This document shows, one piece after another, positions 30,496 to 40,104 of a stretch of DNA of 60,661 bases. A program made the translations under genes and the position numbers. The notes beneath the pieces are model-generated. The model made no database searches and had not been told where the DNA came from. It saw only the letters and a list, made by a program, of their open reading frames with translations. Each line of letters starts with the position of its first letter. Positions within the stretch are counted from its first letter, which is position 1. The DNA comes from Bacteroidales bacterium. GTDB lineage: Bacteria; Bacteroidota; Bacteroidia; Bacteroidales; WCHB1-69. The DNA is taken from NCBI GenBank assembly GCA_023229985.1, contig JALNYF010000004.1, positions 1 to 60,661 of the forward strand. The letters run 5' to 3'.

Positions 30496-30927
30496 TTAAA
30501 TCATCATATTAGGCATATCGTCAATTTCCTCATCTCTAACGGAGGGCGTACTTCTTTGCAACGAAGCAACTAACGAACCAATCATCTTTGTTAATTCCAT
30601 CAATTGATTTCTGGAATAATCTTTTTCATCACTATTCATGGCATCAAGTTTGGAAGCAATTTCAGTATAAACAACGCATTCTCTGACGGAACTTTTAGCC
30701 ATTTTTAAGTAATAAACAAATTGAGCTTTGTTTCTGGCAGAGCCTTCCGCAATATTGAGAGCAATTCCTTGCGCAGACTTTAGGAAAGCATCACCTAAGT
30801 TGGTTTGCTGAGAAACAGGAAACTTTGGAGTAACAGAATGCACCCAAGTGATATAATCAAGTGCTTTTGCGTAGATTCTCAAGTCTTCAAATCTGAAGAA
30901 ACTTACAGTGTTTTCTTGTTCGTTCAT
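30496..30927 (-). CDS. four-helix-bundle protein (23S rRNA IVS protein / Avd-like family)
   Basis: FRFEDLRIYAKALDY...FPVSQQTNLGDAFLKSAQGIALNIAEGSARNKAQFVYYLKMAKSSVRE matches the family pattern. There is an extra acidic C-terminal tail. Confidence 0.8.
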   Translation of the reverse strand: MNEQENTVSFFRFEDLRIYAKALDYITWVHSVTPKFPVSQQTNLGDAFLKSAQGIALNIAEGSARNKAQFVYYLKMAKSSVRECVVYTEIASKLDAMNSDEKDYSRNQLMELTKMIGSLVASLQRSTPSVRDEEIDDMPNMMI

Positions 30928-30958
30928 GGTTTTATTATTTTAGTTAGAAAAATTCCCA

Positions 30959-30966
30959 CAAAAATA
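30959..30966 (-). promoter_or_regulatory. candidate -7 promoter box (TATTTTTG on the minus strand) for the four-helix-bundle gene
   Basis: TAnnTTTG consensus 32 nt upstream of the ATG at 30927. Confidence 0.45.
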
Positions 30967-31321
30967 TACTTTTTTTTGATATCAAACCATTTTCTATTAA
31001 AAATTCTTTAACTTTATTACTTATTCACACAAATAATGGTATTCTCGAGTACACTATTAATCTAAATAATTGATAATAAGTACTTTAATGTAAATGAAAA
31101 GACTTAATAAATTTTACTTTTTTTGGATAATTAACTCTAAAAAACCATTGTTTCCAAAAAAAATAGTCTAAAAAAAGCTTTTTTTGTCTGAATTAAATTT
31201 GATTTTAGTAATTTTTGGCTCAAAAATAAATCTCGATATTTTTCCCATAAATATACTAAAATATGATAGGGAGTGTTTATCCATTGATGAGTATCCATAT
31301 TTAAAATTGGGAAGTATAAGA

Positions 31322-31356
31322 CGAAAAAAATCCCAATAACGCAAATTATTGGGATT
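31322..31356 (-). terminator. rho-independent terminator immediately downstream of the tRNA 3'-end fragment
   Basis: An 11-bp perfect stem (aatcccaataa / ttattgggatt) with a 6-nt loop, followed on the minus strand by a run of Ts (plus-strand A-run at 31322-31330). Confidence 0.65.
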
Positions 31357-31361
31357 AAGTT

Positions 31362-31386
31362 GTGGTCCCTCTTGGGCTCGAACCAA
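31362..31386 (-). repeat. 25-nt exact duplicate of the tRNA(CAT) 3' end (T-arm plus 3' acceptor strand); att-like direct repeat
   Basis: gtggtccctcttgggctcgaaccaa at 31362-31386 is identical to 31567-31591 inside the tRNA gene. No 5' tRNA half precedes it. Confidence 0.85.
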
Positions 31387-31564
31387 TAATTAGCTGTAGA
31401 ATATTCCGCAGAAATGGCTAAACGTGTTGAATTTTTTGACATTTTTTTTTGGTTTTCTGGTAGAAATCCAAAAAATTGTTTTTGTCTCGTTTCTGTCCCG
31501 ATTTAAAAAACAAAATCAGCAACTTACATCCGTAAACTACTGATTTTTAATGTATTAATCGATT

Positions 31565-31641
31565 TGGTGGTCCCTCTTGGGCTCGAACCAAGGACCCTCT
31601 GATTATGAGTCAGATGCTCTAACCTGCTGAGCTAAGGGACC
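31565..31641 (-). tRNA. tRNA with CAT anticodon, elongator type; probably tRNA-Ile2 (lysidine) rather than tRNA-Met
   Basis: Hand-folded cloverleaf: GGTCCCT TA GCTC AGCAGGTTA GAGC A TCTGA CTCATAA TCAGA GGGTC CTTGG TTCGAGC CCAAG AGGGACC A CCA. CCA is encoded. The acceptor stem has C4 and C5 as in E. coli ileX. There is no initiator-type GGG/CCC anticodon stem. Confidence 0.9.
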
Positions 31642-31668
31642 CTCATTTCCTCCTCAGAAATGCGGCTG

Positions 31669-31676
31669 CAAAAATA
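31669..31676 (-). promoter_or_regulatory. candidate -7 promoter box (TATTTTTG on the minus strand) for the tRNA
   Basis: TAnnTTTG consensus 28 nt upstream of the mature tRNA 5' end. Confidence 0.5.
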
Positions 31677-31881
31677 CACTTTTTTTTAATTCGCTCAGCA
31701 CCTTCCGAAATTTTTCTCAACAAAAAACGGCACATTTGATATTCTTGGGAAAAAGTGCCCATCTCCTAGCACATCATTATTGAGCAGTCAAGAATACACT
31801 TTCGGCTATTCATTGAATTTCAAGTACTTATAACCAAAGTAAAAAAATGACAAAATAGCTCACCAATTCAAAAAAGTAGTG

Positions 31882-31889
31882 TATTTTTG
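31882..31889 (+). promoter_or_regulatory. candidate -7 promoter box (TATTTTTG) for eno
   Basis: TAnnTTTG consensus 45 nt upstream of the ATG at 31934. Confidence 0.5.
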
Positions 31890-31930
31890 CACTCAGAAAA
31901 AAAACATTAATAACATATAAAAAACAATGA

Positions 31931-33229
<1,299 letters not shown>

Positions 33230-33236
33230 TCGAGGA

Positions 33237-34280
33237 ATGAGCAAAGAAAAATCGGTTCTGTTAATTTTTACCGGTGGAACCATCAGTATGGGTGAAAACC
33301 CAACCAATGGTTCCCTTTCACCACTTGATAAAGATGCAATCTTAAAATTGATACCGGAATTAGAGATGTTGCCCGTCAACATCTCTTCCGTTTCTTTTAA
33401 CCCTATGATTGATTCTTCCGATGTTGAGCCGAATTTTTGGGTAAAAATTGCTGAAACCATCCGCGAATATTACTATCGTTACGACGGTTTTGTCATTTTA
33501 CATGGCACCGACACTATGGCATATTCGGCATCAGCCGTCAGCTTTATGCTTGAAAATTTATCAAAACCGGTCATCTTTACCGGTTCACAATTGCCTTTGG
33601 GAATGTTGCGCAGTGATGCCAAAGAGAATGTGATGAATGCCATTGAGATAGCCGCCGCTTACGAGGACAACAAACCGGTAGTGCCGGAAGTAGCTTTGTT
33701 TTTTGAGGATTTGCTTATGCGGGGCAACCGTGCCATGAAAAAAAGCACAGAGTATTTCAACGCTTTTGCCTCCTTCAACTACCCTATTTTAGCCAAATCC
33801 GGCGTACATATCAAGTACTTCCCAATGGTCATTCATTACGAAAACGAAGTCAAACCATTATCTATCAATACTCACTTTGACAATAATATCGCCATTTTGA
33901 AATTGTTTCCGGGCATTCAAGAATCGGTCGTACAATCTGTTTTGGAAACGCCTCATTTAAGGGGGGTAATATTAGAAAGTTTCGGAGCAGGGAACGCGCC
34001 GCGCGCCGAATGGCTGTACCAACGATTGAAGGCTGCCACGGAGTCGGGAATGATCATTGTTAATGTCTCACAATGTCGAATCGGATCCGTTGAAATGGGA
34101 CGTTACGAAACAAGTCTGAACTTACAAAAAGCCGGTATATTAAGTGGTTACGACATGACCATCGAGACGGCAACGACCAAACTGATGTTCCTTCTGGGTA
34201 AATTTTCCGACCCGAAAGAAGTCGTAAAATACATGCATCAGTCCTTGCGCGGCGAAGTGACCATTATGCACGGCAAATAA
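33237..34280 (+). CDS. ansA: type I L-asparaginase
   Basis: LLIFTGGTISM (catalytic Thr motif) and ILHGTDTMAYSA. The start is moved to the ATG at 33237, just after the eno stop. Confidence 0.88.
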   Translation: MSKEKSVLLIFTGGTISMGENPTNGSLSPLDKDAILKLIPELEMLPVNISSVSFNPMIDSSDVEPNFWVKIAETIREYYYRYDGFVILHGTDTMAYSASAVSFMLENLSKPVIFTGSQLPLGMLRSDAKENVMNAIEIAAAYEDNKPVVPEVALFFEDLLMRGNRAMKKSTEYFNAFASFNYPILAKSGVHIKYFPMVIHYENEVKPLSINTHFDNNIAILKLFPGIQESVVQSVLETPHLRGVILESFGAGNAPRAEWLYQRLKAATESGMIIVNVSQCRIGSVEMGRYETSLNLQKAGILSGYDMTIETATTKLMFLLGKFSDPKEVVKYMHQSLRGEVTIMHGK

Positions 34281-34360
34281 GAGAAACCGAATATCTGCCC
34301 CCGCTCCCAAACTCATTTTGTTCTGAAATAAATTTATTAATAGACTTAAATATTGAAGAT

Positions 34361-36028
34361 ATGAAATGCATTATTATTGGAGGAGTAGCCGGCGGAGCAA
34401 CCGTAGCGGCACGCCTAAGAAGAATGGACGAATCTGCTACTATTATTTTATTGGAAAGAGGAAGTCATATTTCTTACGCGAACTGCGGACTTCCTTACTA
34501 CATCGGGAATACTATCACCGACCGTAATGATCTGTTCTTGCAAACGCCTACCTCTTTTGGGAATCGCTTCGACGTTGATGTCCGAATCCATGCCAACGTG
34601 ACAGCCATCGACCCTGAGAATAAATGTGTAATCTATACTGAATTAGACACTGGGAAAGAGTTCAAAGAGAGCTACGACAAATTAGTGTTATCCCCCGGCG
34701 CAGAACCTATTAAACCGCCAATTTCCGGCATTCATCTGCCTAACATTTTTACATTGAGAGATATTCCTGACACCGATGCCATTCACGCACATCTGCACTC
34801 TTTGACAAAAAAACCTGCTCGCGCCGCTATTATCGGAGCCGGCTTCATCGGATTGGAAATGGCAGAAAATCTGCACCATTTAGGAATGGATGTTACCATT
34901 ATTGAAAAAGCTGACTACGTATTACCGATTGCAGATTGGGAAATTTCTGCCTTTGTTGAAACGCATTTGAAAGAGAAAAACATTCATTTATATACGCACA
35001 ATGGAGTTGCCGAGTTTAAAGAAGTCGGCGAGCAGACCGAAATTATTTTAGAAAACGGGGAAAGTCTTCTCAGTGATTTTGTTCTGTTAAGCATCGGTAT
35101 CAGAGCACGTACAGAATTAGCAAAAAATGCAGGCTTGGCTGTCGGGGCGCGCGGAGGAATTATTGTCAATGAATATATGCAAACTACGATTCCCGATATC
35201 TACGCCGTTGGCGATGCCATTGAATTTCCTCACCCCATTACACAGCAGAGCACCACCTGCTTTTTGGCGGGACCAACCAACAAACAAGCACGTATTTGCG
35301 CCAACAACATCGCCACGGGAAACACCCAAAGCTATCACGGCACTATTGCCACTGCCATCGCCAAAGTTTTTGACTTAACAGTCGGCATGTGCGGGCTTTC
35401 CGCTGCCGAATTAAGAAAAAATAACATTCCTTTTTTAACTTCCATCACGCATACAGCCTCACACGCCACCTATTATCCCGGCAGTTTTCCCATTACCATC
35501 AAAATCCATTTTGCACCACAAACCGGTAAATTATTGGGAGTACAAGTTGTGGGCAAAGAAGGCACAGACAAACGACTGGACGTTATGGCACAAGTCATTG
35601 CGCATCAAGGAACTATCTATGATTTAACAGATTTTGACCATGCTTACGCACCCCCCTACTCCTCCGCCAAAGATGCCGTCACTATTGCTGGATATGTTGC
35701 CGAAAATATTATCAATCAGCAAGTTCGCACCATACAATGGAATGAATTACAAAATTGGCTACAAGAAAAAAATCGGGATTTCTTGCTCATTGACGTTCGC
35801 TCATTTTTAGAAAACAAAGCCGGTAACATTGAAGGTTCCGTCAACTATCCTTTAGACGAATTACGCGAATATTTGGACGATATTCCGACCGACAAAACAA
35901 TTGTCATTTATTGCGCAATCGGTCTAAGAGGTTATATCGCATCGCGCATCTTGCTTCAATCCGGTTTTAAAAATGTTCTCAACTTAGCCGGTGGCTACAG
36001 AACTTATCAAATTTGTACACAAAAATAA
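34361..36028 (+). CDS. CoA-disulfide reductase family flavoprotein with a C-terminal rhodanese domain
   Basis: GGVAGGAT FAD motif, single active-site Cys in SYANCGLPYY, second dinucleotide motif GAGFIGLE, and a C-terminal rhodanese loop IVIYCAIGLRG. Confidence 0.85.
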   Translation: MKCIIIGGVAGGATVAARLRRMDESATIILLERGSHISYANCGLPYYIGNTITDRNDLFLQTPTSFGNRFDVDVRIHANVTAIDPENKCVIYTELDTGKEFKESYDKLVLSPGAEPIKPPISGIHLPNIFTLRDIPDTDAIHAHLHSLTKKPARAAIIGAGFIGLEMAENLHHLGMDVTIIEKADYVLPIADWEISAFVETHLKEKNIHLYTHNGVAEFKEVGEQTEIILENGESLLSDFVLLSIGIRARTELAKNAGLAVGARGGIIVNEYMQTTIPDIYAVGDAIEFPHPITQQSTTCFLAGPTNKQARICANNIATGNTQSYHGTIATAIAKVFDLTVGMCGLSAAELRKNNIPFLTSITHTASHATYYPGSFPITIKIHFAPQTGKLLGVQVVGKEGTDKRLDVMAQVIAHQGTIYDLTDFDHAYAPPYSSAKDAVTIAGYVAENIINQQVRTIQWNELQNWLQEKNRDFLLIDVRSFLENKAGNIEGSVNYPLDELREYLDDIPTDKTIVIYCAIGLRGYIASRILLQSGFKNVLNLAGGYRTYQICTQK

Positions 36029-36052
36029 ATTTCCTTCATAAATAAAACCATC

Positions 36053-38968
36053 ATGAAAAAATCACTATTTAAAATTTTCTTTTGCTTCCTCTGGTGTGCT
36101 ATCAACTGCATTGCCGTGCAAGCACAAACAAACCTTTATACATATCAAACGGCTTCTAATGACCCATTAAACGCTAAAATCTATACCTTAAAAAATGGGT
36201 TGAAGGTTTATATGACTGTATATAAAGATGTTCCACGTATTCAAACTTACATTGCCGTGCGCGTTGGAAGTAAAAACGACCCGCACGAGACTACCGGATT
36301 GGCTCACTATCTGGAACACTTAATGTTTAAAGGGACTTCCCAATTCGGCACCGTCAATTGGACGGAAGAAAAAGTTTTATTAGACAAAATTGAACAACTA
36401 TTCGAGGTTTATCGACAAGAAACCAATCCCGAAAAACGAAATGAATACTATCGTATCATCGACAGTCTTTCCTACGTAGCCAGCGGTTTGGCAGTGCCTA
36501 ACGAATACGTCAAAATGATGAAATTTATTGGTTCGGAAGGAACTAATGCATGGACATCAAATGATAATACGGTTTATACCGAAAATATTCCGTCCAACGA
36601 ATTGGAAAATTGGGCGATGATTCAGGCAGACCGTTTTCAAAATCCCGTTATTCGGCTCTTTCATACAGAGTTAGAGACTGTTTATGAAGAAAAGAACCGT
36701 TCACTCAGCAGCGACAGTCGAAAAGCAAACGAAGTGATGTTGTCGGCACTTTTCCCGACTCATCCATACGGGACACAAACGACCCTTGGCGAGGCAGAAC
36801 ATCTTAAAAATCCGTCAATTACGAATATTAAAAACTTCATCAATACCTATTACGTACCTAATAATATAGCCATTTGCCTATCCGGTGACTTTAATCCCGA
36901 TGAAGCCATCACCTTGATAGAAAAGTATTTCGGGGATTGGCAACCTAAAACCCTACCTTCCCTTGCCGTACAACAGGAAAAATCCGAAAATCAAATCATT
37001 GTAAAAGAAGTAGTTGGCTTAGAAGCCGAATTTATCAGAATTGCCTACCCTATCGGCAAACCCGCCAACGACAAAGAAATTTACATTATGAAAATGTTGG
37101 ACAATGTATTGAATAATGGCAAATCAGGACTTATTGACTTAAATATTAATCAGAAACAATTAATGCAATCCGCATCTGCTTATCCTTACGTATTGTGCGA
37201 CAATTCTGCATACGTTTTGTACGGCAAACCGAAAAATAATCAATCTTTAGATGAGGTTAAAGAATTGTTAATCAATCAAATAGAACTGCTCAAGAAAGGA
37301 GAATTTGATGATGGATTAATGGAAGCGAGCATCAACAATATGCGTTTAACCGAAATGCGACAATTAGAGAGTAACGCTTCCCGCGCTATGTGGTTGGCTA
37401 ATTCATTTATGAACGCGATTCCATGGTCGGAGGCATGTCAATCCATTCAAGAATATGCTAAAATCACGAAACAAGACATCATTGATTTTGCAAATAAGTA
37501 TTTTCCTGATAATAAGTACGTTATAGTTTATAAAAGACAAGGTACTCCACCACAGGCAGAGAGCATTTCCAAGCCTGCAATTACCCCGATTCAGATAAAC
37601 AGAGATGCCGAATCCGCTTTTTTCACACAACTTCAATCTCGAAAAGTGGCAACTATAGCACCTGTTTTTTGCAATTTTCAATCAGAAATATCCTTTGGAA
37701 AAATCAAGAATATACCCGTTTATTCTGTTAAAAACAGGGAAAATAATACTTTCTCCTTACAAATTATTTTTCCGGTAGGCGAATTAAACGACGAACGACT
37801 TCCCATTGCCACTTCCTACGTCGATTATTTAGGGACACCCGACCTTACCGCCGAAAAAATCAATCAACGTTTCTATCAGCTGGCTTGCAACCTAAATACT
37901 TCTTGTTCAGATGATAACATTAGAATCAGCATCTCGGGACTCAATGAAAATTTTGAACAAGCCTTTGCGTTGGCGATGAACCTCTTTACCAATGCACAAG
38001 CCGACGAACCTGCTTTTAACAGCATGATTGACAATATTATTAAGGGAATGAATGATGCCAAAAATAATCAAGAACAAGTATTAAATGCCTTACGCAGTTA
38101 TTGCGAATACGGGGAAGCTTTGATTGGGTACTCCTTAAAGCCGGATTCTCTTAAAACCCTATCGGCATACGAATTGACAGATGTTTTAAAACAGTTGTTT
38201 ACCATACGTCCCGAAATATCATACTACGGACCTACCGACAGCAAATCAGTCATTAAAACAATCAAGAAGTACTATCCTATACAAAAATTCACGGAACCGC
38301 AACCCGCAGTCGTTTTTGAGCACAAAGAGGTGAAGGCAGACCAAGTATTTTTTGCGCCATACAATGCTAAACAAGCACGTTTGGTGACCTATTCGCGCGG
38401 ACCAAAATTTGATGTCTCACTTTTACCCATCATTACGATGTATAATCGATATTTTGGGGGTGGGATGAACGCCATTGTCTTTCAAGAAATGCGGGAAAAG
38501 CGCTCTTTGGCTTATACCGCTCAATCCAACTACATCGTTCCGAGTGAAAGAGAGGAGTTTATGTACAATTTCGCGTTCATTGGGACACAAACCGATAAAA
38601 TTTTGGACGCTGCAACCGCTTTTGATGCTCTTTTTAACGAAATGCCCGTTTCGCAATCCGCTTTCGACTTGGCAAAAGAGGGCGTCAAAACCAATATCGC
38701 CACTAACAGAATTACCAAAGCCAATATACTCAATACTTATTTGAGAAACAAAGAGTTAGGCTTTGATTACGATTACAGAAAAGACATTTACCAAGCAGTG
38801 GATCAATTTACCATGAACGATGTGATTGCTTTTAATCAGAAATATATAAAAAATCAGCCCAAAATTTACATGATTTTGGCAAAAGAAGAAGATATTGACC
38901 TTCCTGCCATTGAAAAACAATACGGGAAAATCACGTCACTTGACTTGAAACAGATTTTTGGATATTAA
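36053..38968 (+). CDS. secreted M16 (insulinase/pitrilysin) family zinc peptidase, double-length
   Basis: Signal peptide, intact zinc motif HYLEHLMFKGT (HxxEH) and four M16 half-domains by length (971 aa). Confidence 0.85.
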   Translation: MKKSLFKIFFCFLWCAINCIAVQAQTNLYTYQTASNDPLNAKIYTLKNGLKVYMTVYKDVPRIQTYIAVRVGSKNDPHETTGLAHYLEHLMFKGTSQFGTVNWTEEKVLLDKIEQLFEVYRQETNPEKRNEYYRIIDSLSYVASGLAVPNEYVKMMKFIGSEGTNAWTSNDNTVYTENIPSNELENWAMIQADRFQNPVIRLFHTELETVYEEKNRSLSSDSRKANEVMLSALFPTHPYGTQTTLGEAEHLKNPSITNIKNFINTYYVPNNIAICLSGDFNPDEAITLIEKYFGDWQPKTLPSLAVQQEKSENQIIVKEVVGLEAEFIRIAYPIGKPANDKEIYIMKMLDNVLNNGKSGLIDLNINQKQLMQSASAYPYVLCDNSAYVLYGKPKNNQSLDEVKELLINQIELLKKGEFDDGLMEASINNMRLTEMRQLESNASRAMWLANSFMNAIPWSEACQSIQEYAKITKQDIIDFANKYFPDNKYVIVYKRQGTPPQAESISKPAITPIQINRDAESAFFTQLQSRKVATIAPVFCNFQSEISFGKIKNIPVYSVKNRENNTFSLQIIFPVGELNDERLPIATSYVDYLGTPDLTAEKINQRFYQLACNLNTSCSDDNIRISISGLNENFEQAFALAMNLFTNAQADEPAFNSMIDNIIKGMNDAKNNQEQVLNALRSYCEYGEALIGYSLKPDSLKTLSAYELTDVLKQLFTIRPEISYYGPTDSKSVIKTIKKYYPIQKFTEPQPAVVFEHKEVKADQVFFAPYNAKQARLVTYSRGPKFDVSLLPIITMYNRYFGGGMNAIVFQEMREKRSLAYTAQSNYIVPSEREEFMYNFAFIGTQTDKILDAATAFDALFNEMPVSQSAFDLAKEGVKTNIATNRITKANILNTYLRNKELGFDYDYRKDIYQAVDQFTMNDVIAFNQKYIKNQPKIYMILAKEEDIDLPAIEKQYGKITSLDLKQIFGY

Positions 38969-38979
38969 TCATCTGCACG

Positions 38980-40104
38980 ATGTCGAATAAAATCTCAATC
39001 GCTATTGTGGGGGCCGGTGCTTCCGGACTATTCTTAGCCAAAAAATTGTCAGAGAATTCGGCAAATCAGCTATTTTTGTTTGAAAAAAGTACAAAAGTCG
39101 GGACGAAGTTAAAGGCATCGGGCGGTGGCAAAGCCAATATTTTAAATACCGATATTCAAGATTTTCACTACAACAACGTGCCTTTTATGAGCAATTTTCT
39201 GCAAAAAGTCAGCAGCCATACTATTCAAAATGAGTTGATGGATATGGGACTTAAAATGAGCGTTGATAATGAAAATCGCGTTTACCCATCCACTTTTTTC
39301 TCACAAACCGTTGTAGATGTGTTACTTCAAAACATTTCCGAGAAAGTCACGATGGAGAAAGAATACGAAGTAACGAAAATTGAACCTGTTCAGAGCCAAT
39401 GGCGCATCAATGATTACCCTGCCTTATTTGACAAAGTCATTCTGGCTACCGGATCACCGGCAGGAATGATTGCTGCGAACAGGCACAATTATAATCACTT
39501 TTTAACTTATTTTAGCCTGAAAAGAAGTGACTTTCGTCCTTCGTTGGTTGGTTTCCGGATCAAGAATTACTATCGTAAATTATCCGGCTGTCGCGTAAAA
39601 GCGCAAGTTGCTTTATGCCAAAATGAACAAACCATTTTTCAGGAAAAAGGAGAAGTCATTTTCAAGGATGATGGTGTTTCAGGAATTGTAATTCTCAATT
39701 GTTCAGCTTATTACAATCGTTTAGTTTCTAAATCAAATTGTTACTTGTCACTTGATTTGATGAACGGCGATCACTCCTACAATTTAGAGGAGCATTGGAA
39801 AAATCATCACAGTTTTTGCGGAATTTTGCCACCCAAGTTAAACGAATGGTACGAACAAAAACCTTTTGATTTAAGAGATTTACGAATGTATATTGAAGGC
39901 ACTTACGACATAGAGATGGCGCAAGTGTGCACTGGAGGCATTGATGTCTCCGAATTAGATGCACATCTACAACTTAAAAAATACAAAAATATATACGTAA
40001 CCGGTGAATTGATAGATATTGATGGTGTTTGCGGCGGCTATAATCTGTTTTTTGCCTTTGCATGCGCATACATCGTCGCCCAAGAAATAAACAATGGAAA
40101 TTAA
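38980..40104 (+). CDS. HI0933/BaiN-like NAD(P)/FAD-dependent oxidoreductase
   Basis: IAIVGAGASGLF dinucleotide motif, KLKASGGGKANILN, and C-terminal TGELIDIDGVCGGYNL, typical of the family. Confidence 0.75.
   Translation: MSNKISIAIVGAGASGLFLAKKLSENSANQLFLFEKSTKVGTKLKASGGGKANILNTDIQDFHYNNVPFMSNFLQKVSSHTIQNELMDMGLKMSVDNENRVYPSTFFSQTVVDVLLQNISEKVTMEKEYEVTKIEPVQSQWRINDYPALFDKVILATGSPAGMIAANRHNYNHFLTYFSLKRSDFRPSLVGFRIKNYYRKLSGCRVKAQVALCQNEQTIFQEKGEVIFKDDGVSGIVILNCSAYYNRLVSKSNCYLSLDLMNGDHSYNLEEHWKNHHSFCGILPPKLNEWYEQKPFDLRDLRMYIEGTYDIEMAQVCTGGIDVSELDAHLQLKKYKNIYVTGELIDIDGVCGGYNLFFAFACAYIVAQEINNGN

Noticed and set aside
31137-31442. Two overlapping minus-strand ORFs (101 aa and 72 aa) next to the tRNA.
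   Set aside because: They lie in very AT-rich sequence, have low-complexity hydrophobic translations and read straight through the tRNA 3'-end fragment and its terminator hairpin.
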